Shown here piece by piece: positions 13,499 through 24,100 of a stretch of 64,000 nt of DNA. Numbering within the stretch: the stretch's first letter is position 1; every line of letters begins with the position of its first letter. The notes under the pieces are model-generated. The model saw nothing but the letters and a program-made list of their open reading frames with translations, was not told the DNA's origin and searched no databases. A program made the translations under genes and the position numbers. Origin of the DNA: Chrysomallon squamiferum (Eukaryota; Animalia; Mollusca); contig CM022667.1 in assembly GCA_012295275.1 (NCBI GenBank), positions 20,832,001 to 20,896,000 of the forward strand, given 5' to 3'.

Positions 13499-14154
13499 AC
13501 CTCTACGGAATCTGACAAAGAATTGGTTCCAGCAAAGAAAACAAAGCTCGCACGATTTGGCATATGTCTACAGTATCGTGCACTTCGTAAACCACCATGA
13601 GTATAGGTCAAAGACATAAGAAATTGAGCTATGTAGTCCTGTATTTATTACCGTGAAGTCCAGGTGTTAACAGACCCACGAGATAGAAGCTCGCAAAACA
13701 AGTATTTCCGAGAACCTTTTAATAATGACAGGTCAAAAAACAAAATAAATAACTGTTACCTTTCTCCTCTATTAGGCGACATGCTAATGACATATTTTAT
13801 TTTTTATTCATTTCTACTTAATCTAATTCGGACAATTAATGTTTTATCTTGTTTATTATTTCTACAGTCACTTACTAAATCAACTTTTAAATACACAAAT
13901 TACAAAAATGAAGAGAGAACATTATCTTCTGCATAACAGTTATGTTACTATGTTGTTTTATTTCAGTATTTTAACTTAAATAAATATAATAACCAATCCA
14001 CAAATAAGAAATCTGTGTATAAAGGAACTAACTAAACGAGCTAAGACTTAAAAAAATAAAAAAATAAAAAAAGATAGAAAAGCCAAGAAAATGCGCCTAT
14101 TAACTGATATGTTCAGTTTCTAATTTGAGGATTGGTTCCAACCGCTTGCCCCTC

Positions 14155-14209
<55 letters not shown>

Positions 14210-14243
14210 GAAAAGTTCAGTATGTTTTTGTAGAACTACTAAG

Positions 14244-14284
<41 letters not shown>

Positions 14285-14661
14285 TCCCTACTTTCTAATT
14301 TTCTGTCAATTTGTTCTACTAGCTCGAGTCAGCAACGCTTATTTGGCAAAACACCAGTGTACGTGGGAATATATATATATATATATATTTTTTTTTAATT
14401 ATATTTTTAGATCAAATAACTGTAAATATCAGACTGGTGTACCCCTGTGTAAATGAGTATACTGAGTCACTGTAACAGGATGGGGTTTTTTCAGATCGAT
14501 GAACACATAAACGATAATGCAACATTCAGCTTACATCATTTACATCCGACGTTCTTGCAAACCTCAGCCCCATTTCCGTAGACTATGCGTAGAATATGAC
14601 TATGACTAACATAGACTATGCGTAGGTCCTCTTTGCGTAGATTCACATATAAGTAGCGGAA

Positions 14662-14741
<80 letters not shown>

Positions 14742-14904
14742 AGGCTATATTATTCACATCAATTATCTGTGAAGAATTAATCATGTAAAATCAAAGATTT
14801 TATTACATATTTCATTTAGATTTTAAGCCTCTCTTTTTATTAATTATTTTTTCTCCATGATTGTCAAAGTACCGGGATAAAATGAATTGCTATCTCAGTT
14901 TTAA

Positions 14905-14976
14905 AGAAGCCGGAAGCTGTCGTCGCATCCTTTTGCCATGGGTGGGGTTCGTCGTTTTCTTTTTTCCTCAATTATC
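14905..14976 (+). promoter_or_regulatory. Putative promoter and first exon of the alpha-kinase-like gene
   Basis: ETS-like CCGGAAG at ~14910, a CpG-containing patch, GCCATGG at 14935-14941 and a strong donor ATC|GTAAGT at 14976/14977. A matching acceptor (ttttgatttcag|) lies at 17464. Confidence 0.45.
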
Positions 14977-15411
14977 GTAAGTACACAACGAAAAGTATGC
15001 ATTTGGAGGATATTGAATTAGTAGTTACAACTTCTTTAAAGCACCTATTATTAAAAATGCACGGACATTTTGATGAACAGCTAGAATGAAGTGGCTTTTA
15101 AAACGAAACGCAATAATTTAAAGACAATTTCATAAGCATTATAATGATTATGTTTCTATTAATAAAGAGACAGCCTGTTTCTTTCCACTAGGATTATTTA
15201 TATTTTAACTAAACTAATAATCAGATTTTAGACAGAGTTCAAAAGAAATAGGCTAATTTGTACAGTGCATTTCAAATAGAGCCCTGTGATAAAACGTCCC
15301 TTGTAACGTTGAAACGTCAATATTTTGTATTTATTATTATTTAAAGAGAAAAACAGTTAAAACGTGAGCATGCAGTTATATCTATTGTAAATTATTGTGC
15401 ATATGTAATTA

Positions 15412-15412
<1 letters not shown>

Positions 15413-15465
<53 letters not shown>
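15413..15465. repeat. (AAT)n microsatellite
   Basis: Direct reading. Other AAT/TAT/CTA tracts occur at ~6741-6803, 11829-11881 and 14158-14206. Confidence 0.95.
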
Positions 15466-15467
<2 letters not shown>

Positions 15468-17521
15468 AATGTGATCAGAGAAAGAATGAAACTGCTTTTT
15501 AATTTTTATTAGTAAGAGTCTGAATCCATTATTTTGCCATAAATTGCAGAGTATATGTATATAAAAGAAAATAAGAAAATGTTCTATTGCTTCAGAAGAA
15601 GAATTTGTAATAACAAGCCTGGGATTACATAGTTCAATTCTTATAGATATACAAACACGTATTGACATACGCATTCATGTAGATACAAATGCATATATAT
15701 TGAAACCAAGATAACAACTGAACCTTTTACAAATTCAGATGGTATAACATAATATTGCTCTCACTGTTTAGTGTCATAAATAAATCCATGATTTGCATAT
15801 TAGTGTTCTTGGACTAAATATTTTATAATTTAATAGCTAATGCATGTAAAATATTGAACAGTGGGAGGACATGTAAAGGTATCATCATTTAAATAATTTA
15901 AATTATGTATAAAACTTTGAATGTTTTAGGTTTTTTTATTAATAAAGCACATTCAAGAAACTTTGAAACTATATTTAATTATAAATTCTTCATATGTTAA
16001 TACCACAAATTGTTCATTTTGAGGTTCTTACGAAATTCTTCTAATCCATTTGGATTTTAAGGCTGTCACCAATTTGAAAATGGTTATCATTAAATCCATT
16101 TAAATTTTTCAGATTTTCATGCCAAACTTTCACTTGGATTTGGCAAAGCTAAAAATGAACTAACTTGGGTAATATTTGGATTTGTGAACAGTTAGTCTTC
16201 ATAACAGTTAATGTTCTGATAGACGATAATTTCATTATTTTTAATTTTATTTCCAGTATTTCAGAATCATAGTTTAATTCTATCATTTGTTGCAATCTTC
16301 ATCTTTAGGTATTAAATCTAAATTTCCTAAATTATAGACTGGTACAACATAATGGTGTGTTATTATTTATTTTATTTTTTTTATTGTTTCTTTTACCAAC
16401 TTACGTAATCCTTGTCTTTTAATAATTACTTTAACACTGGCATCAGATTATTAGATACTAAAAATAATCTAGTTCAGCTTATTTAAGTTGTCTTCATTTC
16501 TTTTTTCTTTTTTTCTTTCACGTATACTGTCAAAGATGGAGCTTTTAAATCATATATGCTTCTGTGTTTTTGATACTGTTTTGTTGTGATTTCAGATGAT
16601 TTAAAGCAAGCTGGTTTTATTATTTATTTGTTTATTTTTTTGTATTTAAATCATCTAAAAGCCATACATATTATCAGTTTATTATTTTTGAATTGTTCAT
16701 AATAGTCTAAAATAAGTTTTATGTCCTTGACAATTAATTATTATGACCTGCAAAAAAGGCCATGGCTTATTGTTTTGTTTTATATACATAATTATCAAAA
16801 TATTGTTGAATTTCATCTTTTCCTCACTGAAAGAAAATTGCAAATAAAAGACAATGAATATGAAATAAATGTTTGTTGACAAAGTATAGAAATATTAGAG
16901 AAACAAATACAAAGGGAACTTAAATTAAGAAGAGATATTTTTCCTTGAATATTGCTCTAGTTCATTAATTCTTTTTAAACTTCACTGGCGAAATTTTCTG
17001 ATCCCACATCACCTTTTAAATGAGTACACTGTTTTTTTCAATTCTACATTTTATTTTTGTAATTGTTCTTTTTCAATTTCTACGGTGAACGTCAAGTTTA
17101 TTCAGACTTTCAGTGAGGAGAGTTGCCATGCCATTTTTAATTTTTTCCATTTCAATTTTTGTTATAGCAGTAAGCATTTTCCTTACTATCTGTTTATTTT
17201 GGATGATTCACCTTTTTTTTAATGCTTTTTGTTAACAGTTTTATCAACATATCTAATTTTGCCCTCACGTTTCATGTTTTACAGTTAGCATATTAATAAC
17301 AATTTTGAATGTATAACATAACAATTAAATGGATTAATAAAAACTCATGCACTATAGAGTATGCAGAAATTATTGGTCATCCTTTTTATTTATTAGTTTG
17401 TTAGCTTATTAATGTAGTCTTTCTGACAATATGGCTTATTTTCAAATTTAATTTTTGATTTCAGGTTCTGTCTACTTAGCTGAAGAAAGAACATATACAG
17501 CTATATTTTGTTTGTAGTAGC

Positions 17522-18241
17522 ATGGCTGCCATGAACATCACACATTTATTTACTGGTGATTCTCTTGGAAACCAGTACACAGCAAGTTTTGATGTTAGAC
17601 CATTCGTGAGTGGGGCTCGTAAACTGGTTTACAAAGGGGTTCTGTCAGGCCAGGGTCCTAGAAACAATGAAACTGTGATTATCAAGCCTTTTCGTGAATT
17701 TGCAGGATCTAAAGATCTTTGTGATTTAGAAATGGCAAAGAACCATGAAGCTCACAGAATCTGTCAGAACTATAACAAAGTTTCTAATTGTCAGAGTCTC
17801 AACTTTATTTTACCTCTAAAGGCAGAGCTTCACAGAGTAGTGTCCATATCATCCGTCAACAATGCAGGATATATCAGGCAGTTGCAGCCATCAGAATGGG
17901 TTCTTATTGAAGAAAATATTGGAGATGACTTCAGGAAATTTGTTGATGACCGTGGTCGCAGTACGACAGCTGGGTCATCGCTTCTGCACGCTTTTATCCA
18001 TTATTCTTACAATGTTTCTAAAGGTGCTCTTGTGGTGTCCTGCCTACAGGGGGTACCCCAGGCAGATGGAAAGTACATCTTGGATACACCTACTATACAT
18101 TCCCTTCAGCAGAGGTTTGGGGACCTGGATAAAGGAGAATCTGGAATACTACAAGTATTTTTGAATCATAAATGCAACAACTTGTGTCGGGATTATATGC
18201 TCCCTAAAATGTTAAAGAATCTTAATCCTACTTGCGTCTAA
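17522..18241 (+). CDS. Stand-alone alpha-kinase (eEF2K/MHCK/TRPM7-type) domain protein, 239 aa, predicted pseudokinase
   Basis: P-loop PFVSGARKLVYKG, VIIK lysine, EENIGDDFRKF, AFIHYSY, VVSCLQGV, LDTPTIHS, FGDLDKGESGI and zinc finger HKCNNLC occur in canonical alpha-kinase order in one uninterrupted coding exon. Confidence 0.9.
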   Translation: MAAMNITHLFTGDSLGNQYTASFDVRPFVSGARKLVYKGVLSGQGPRNNETVIIKPFREFAGSKDLCDLEMAKNHEAHRICQNYNKVSNCQSLNFILPLKAELHRVVSISSVNNAGYIRQLQPSEWVLIEENIGDDFRKFVDDRGRSTTAGSSLLHAFIHYSYNVSKGALVVSCLQGVPQADGKYILDTPTIHSLQQRFGDLDKGESGILQVFLNHKCNNLCRDYMLPKMLKNLNPTCV

Positions 18242-19250
18242 CACTAACTGTAATTAGTCTGGAAGTAATGCATACTCCACTTTGATTTAGAAAATTTTGC
18301 AAATGGACATTATTGATGAATTCAAAAAAAAAAAGTGTTTATTCCATGTTTAATACGCTAATAAATATGTAAAATCTCAAGTGTCTTATTGTTTTCTTTT
18401 TTAGTTATTATTTTATAAAAGGATTTTTATTTTAAAATTTTAATTTCCTTTTTTTTTTTTCTTAATTGTAATCTTGTAGTGTTTAATTAAGCTAATTTTT
18501 AAATATTAACAATTGTTCAGCTATATAAATGTAGTTACATGTTTATGCTTATACAGGTTAAGATCTTTTATCTGCAGTCTGAAACATTTTCTGAGCAGCA
18601 AAAAAAAAAGAAAATGGTGATAGCTTAGTATACACAAATGTTATTTCAAGAACAAATATATTTTTAAAATCCTGCAGAATATATAATACAAATGGAATTT
18701 GTGGATAGATGTAAATCCTATTTTCAGGTTATATCCTTGTATTCCAGAATCTAAAACCTGCCTGGATAAGGAATATTCAACCCATCATGCATTTCAAAGG
18801 TTGAGATAAATCGGCTTTTCTCGACAGAAATAAACAATTTGATTGGGACAGTAATAATAAATAGTTATTTGAGATCAAACTGGTAAGTGAGTGGGTTTTT
18901 ACTGGTATAACAGTTGATTTTGCTATTTTACTGTAATGGTGAATATTATCCACTTAAAATTTGCATTTTCAGAACCAGTGAGAGAAACTGGGGAAATTAA
19001 AAATAGAAACTATTATAACAATTTTTATTTTGGCATTGTCAAATTTTATGATAGCTTCCAGATATATATATATAAATAACTAGTGCAGATGACAAAATAC
19101 ATACATTTGACATGTATTCATCTGTTGCTGTTGTTTTTTAATTAAATAGCTCCACTTTTAACTCTACTTTTTTGAGAGATTCGGAAAAATGAAATTACCA
19201 TTTTTCTAGATATGACACACCATACTCCCAATTTTGAAGAGAAAAAAATG

Positions 19251-19617
19251 AAAATAAACATCAATAAAACAAACGCATAACTTAGGAAAATATATCAATC
19301 AATTTATTGTCTTGACAGACTTATGATTCACATCTATATAATAACAGTATGTATGTTAACAAATATGTAATAAATATATTATATTTTTTTTAAATATAAA
19401 TGTATAAGGATGGAATATAAATATAATAGATGGTTTAACAATAAAAATAAACACCAATAAAACAAACATCTAACTTAGGAAAATATATCAAGCAATTTAT
19501 TGTCTTCACAGACTTATAATTCATATCTATATAATAAACTATGTATATTAATAAATATATTTTTTAAAACACAAATATATAAGGATAGAACATAACTACA
19601 ATGGACGGTTTAATAAT
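19251..19617. repeat. Diverged tandem duplication (2 copies, ~193-bp period)
   Basis: aaaataaaca(t/c)caataaaacaaac...taacttaggaaaatatatcaa...aatttattgtctt(g/c)acagacttat begins at both 19251 and 19444. Confidence 0.9.
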
Positions 19618-20661
19618 ACTAAGGAGCATTCCTTGACAGCAAGTAAAATTTTGCTGTATAATAATGCAAAGACAATATCAATTAAATATCATTTAGCACT
19701 TGATGAGATTGGAAATTTATGTTCTTGTACTCTGAATAAACAAGTACATTTATTTAAAAAAAACAAAAAAAAACAAGCGCACTAACATTTAGTTTTTAAT
19801 CAAACTTTCACCACTAAAACATTCTATATACCATACTGAAATTAGTTACATTAACAAACTGAAATCAAAGAAAATTAAGTAGAAAAATAAAAGAAATAAT
19901 ATATATATATATATATATATTTTTTTTTTTTCAATGTTTAAACATTCAAAGAATTAATTTTGTAACAAATATCAATTTATTCCAGATTTGCTCTTAAAAA
20001 AAAAAAAAAAAAAAAAAACATTTTACAATGCTTTTACAGACTGTCTACTTGTGAAACAGGTTATTTCCAGCAGATATACAAAGGTACTTTTTCTTTCTAT
20101 TCCAATAGGTTAACAACTGAAAATTTGAATTACAAAACGTCTCCCTCTGAGGAATTAATTTATTTTGTTTCCTGCTCCAGAACACAATTTTACAAAGGTG
20201 TGGCTGTGAGTTTTCTATGAAGTGATGTGTATCACTACTTAATAAATACACAATTTCAGAATTAATAATGATGTTTCTTTCCATGCAGTAAATAATGTGC
20301 TTTTTTGTAAACAATGTCTATTAAAGCTATAATGATATTAAACCAGGACTTTGTCTAAATAATTGTACAGGTAGCAGATCCTTGATTCAGCTTTCAGTTA
20401 CACCTCCACAACTACAGCTACACTATACTGAATAATAAAATATCTTAAATTACTTTTCATACACACATTCAATTGTGATCAGATTAATTAGACTGCATGA
20501 TGTATTCACAAAACTTTTGTCACAGCAAATGTTCTTATTAATGTTCATTTATATTGTTGAGCAGTAACTGTAGTCCAGGCCCTGAGTGATTATTCCTTTA
20601 AATTTATTATCACAATGTTGGAGATAAAAGGATAAAATTGCATCAAACATTTTATTTTTAA

Positions 20662-21010
20662 ACTTTTTCCTCCTGTAAAGATAAAATGGCTAAGAATGAA
20701 GATAACTGTATACTTTTCCTCCTGTAAAGTTAAAATGTCTGATAATTAAGATAATTATTTTATTTTCGCCTATAAAGTTAAGATGACTGATAATGAAGGC
20801 AATTATATACTTTCCTCCTATAAAGTTAAAATGGCTGATAATGAAGATAATTATATACTTTTCCTCCTGTAAAGTTAAAATGGCTGATAATGAAGATAAT
20901 TATATACTTTTCCTCCTGTAAAGTTAAAATGGTTGATAATGAAGATAATTATATACTTTTCCTCCTGTAAAGTTAAAATGGCTGATAATGAAGATAATTA
21001 TATACTTTTG
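20662..21010. repeat. 49-bp minisatellite, ~7 copies
   Basis: Unit cttttcctcctgtaaagttaaaatggctgataatgaagataattatata; period confirmed by matches at 20871 and 20920. Confidence 0.95.
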
Positions 21011-21161
21011 TTTGATTATACAGAGCCTACATATGAACTTGGTCCAAATGTAACTTGATATTCTTTACAAGACATGTCACTGTGTATCTAGCTTGTTCCA
21101 ACGTGATCTTGATAAACAACTGTGGAGAATTCCACCAACACTGGGAATATCAGTGAAATTC

Positions 21162-24100
21162 CTAGCATTCATCATCTGCTGATAGGTTCAGACAATCGTA
21201 TTTTTCTGTCAATTCGTTATCTAAGATATCATCAAAAGCTGAATGTTGTCGAAGTTTAGACATACATTTCCTTAGTGTATTTTTAATCTGCGTATTTTCT
21301 GAACTGGCTGCTTGCCATACGTGGTCCAGATCTAGTTCAATCTCTCTGCAATGAAAATATAAACTGAATATCATCATAGTGGAGGGAAATAAAAATTGGA
21401 ACTCTTCCATCAAATTCATCTTTTTCAGTCACTATTTCTACTTAATAAAACACAAAGAAAAAAACAAAAATATTTTTTAACTGATATAAATATTATACAG
21501 GTAACTTGGTATATTTTCTTAATTTAAATTATTCAAGAAATATTTACTTCTTCTCTGACTGAACTGACTGTAGCATTAGTTCCTTTTCCTTGAGCAGCAA
21601 TCGCAGACATTTCAGTTCACGTTCATATTCCTGACATTGACTGTTAAAAGACTGGTCTTGGTACTTCATTCTGAAACAGAGGAACTTCTTTAATAAAGTG
21701 CCAGTGTTCTACTGATTTACTTGTATTCATTTAACAAAAATAACTACAACGATTTGTAATTCTTACATAATATTCTGTAATTTCACAAGACAAGAGATTA
21801 GAGATTACTGAAAACAAACCTGTGTGATTTTTAGCTAGTTTTATTAAACATCAAATATACAACTTTTTAAACTTTTTAAACTTTTAAAACTATTATTATC
21901 CAGACATATCTCTTGTTTTAAACTAATCAAAGGACAAAGTAGTCATAAACAATAAATATTATCATATAAAAAGCAAAATTTTCAGTTCCTTACTAACCTA
22001 TCAGCAACAGTATTAAATTTGGCAGCACTCTTCATTTTGCATAACTAAGAAAGTAATAAAGAAACAACATTTTAAAATATAATTTTTTAAGAATTTAACA
22101 AAGATTCAAAATTACTGAATAGTGACATATTCATGCTGCAAACAGAATGAATTCCATACTATACTATGTATTTTCATAACATATATGTAATATAATCAAA
22201 TATTAATAATTTTCTATTAATAAAGAATAACAAACAATTTTAGGGGTTAAAAACATTTCGTGTAACCTATATAGGAGGTGTTACTGAAAAAAGCAAAATT
22301 AAATAATGGGATCAGCTATGAAAAACTTTTTAGTAAATGATAGATAAGGAAAATACCTTGAGTTTCTCTTCCAGTTTGCCAATTGCAACTGTTGTTGCAA
22401 AAGCCTTGTCCATTGCCTTCTTACTTTCTTTTTGTCTTTCCTTGGCCTGATTTAGAAAAGTATTTTCATTTTATGGTTTAGCCTTTAAATGATAGATTCA
22501 AACAGTATAAATAAAAAAATATTTCTATTTCATTTCAGTATGCTTCAGTCATTTTCCACACTATTTTACTTAAGCAGTATATCATTATGAATACAATTAA
22601 AGATTCAGTTTTTACTGTACCACAAGTCGTAATTTATCTTACCACTTTTGCATATGTGTCTCTTTCAACAGCTGTCATTTCTGCCTGTTGAAAAAAAGAT
22701 AATTACCAGTTACAATATTAGAGATTTTTGGTTTTTTATTTTATTTTTCTTGTTTTCTTTGATTTTTATTCTTCAATAGATAGACAAGATTTCATTTTAC
22801 TTCACAACTTTAAGAACTATTATAAAAAAAACTGAATTAAAAGATGTTAAAAACATACATATTATGCATATTTTGAATGTAAATAGTAGTAACGTTATAT
22901 CACTGACTAGACTGAAAATGCAGCACTGAGAAAAGGTTGTTTGTTAAATTTGTTTGTTGTTGGATCTTAATTATAGAATTTCATTTATAAATGAAGATGA
23001 AGTATTATTACATACAACTTTAATAATGTTAGCTAGCTGATCTTGAGTAAAGAGTTCTTTGTATTCAGACTGCTCCACTGCTCTCTGAAACACAGCCAGT
23101 TTGTGTTGGGCTCGTCTGCACAAAAATAATCTTTTATATAACATATGACATCCTCAGAATTATAATACATTTAAAATTCTTAAAGTATCACAAATGATTT
23201 GGACCATTTTCAAACATTACATATAGGGGTTTTATAAAAATTACATTTCAAAAAAATATTAAAAAAAATACTGAGTTTGGGCCATGATGTTGAAGATATC
23301 AGTCATTAGGCCATAACAACATAACAATGTCCTAACTGCTATCCTAAATTGTCATATCCTTGTCATCTGAAGACACATGCATAATTTGACCACTAAATCT
23401 GGAGTTTGAATCCATAGTGGTGAACGGATCTATTTAATTATTGTATTTTGTTCAATACATTATATTTTATTTTGGTCATCAGTTTGGCAACCAAAACTGA
23501 CAGTCATTTAGCAAGTAAGCAGGGCTGAGCAACTACACAAAAACAGCCCAAATGACAACCAAACATTCATAACCACCAACTAAGCATTAGCAGTGTTTGT
23601 CACATCAGCATTTTATATATTAATCAGAACAAACAGTGTTTTAATTTGGTTATGACAGAAATAAACGACACTGGTAACAAAAAGGTCCTTCTTATTGTTA
23701 GTATTCAAGATCATGAACATTTATTCAGTAACATATTAATGAAGTTGTTAATCATAATGACAGCTTTGGGAACATGGCTCGTGGGCCTCTAATACTCCAG
23801 GACAATGTAAGTTGATCCTAAGTGAATGCAAACTTTCAAGCTGTATACATCGAAGTTTAAACAAAGTTTAAGTATTAGTATTAAAATATTTACCGCACTG
23901 ACTTGTGTAACAATCCAATTTCTATATGTAATCTTGAGTTTTCAGACTGAACCTCAGTAACTTTCACTGTCAAAGTCCTTATCTCATCTTGTAAAGCCTA
24001 CTCAAATCAAATACAAATATGTCAGTAAGTTTTTAATTCTCAGAATATTAACATATCACAATCAATTTTGTTTTTTGTTTTCTAAAATCACATACATTCC

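Noticed and set aside
18041-18043. A-to-I editing restoring catalytic residues
   Set aside because: A-to-G changes cannot convert TGC to GAC in the kinase, GGC to Ser or CAG to Lys in the lactamase, or ACT to Cys in MCR.
17862-18164. Overlapping alternative-frame ORFs inside real exons (also 7070-7342, 8022-8234, 61706-61942)
   Set aside because: Short, with no recognisable motifs; expected as shadows of GC-richer coding sequence.
20662-21010. CRISPR-like array
   Set aside because: Head-to-tail tandem units with no unique spacers, no cas genes and a eukaryotic context. The same applies to 50461-50735.
23380-23430. tRNA gene suggested by B-box-like GGAGTTTGAATCC
   Set aside because: No cloverleaf can be folded; at most a decayed SINE head.
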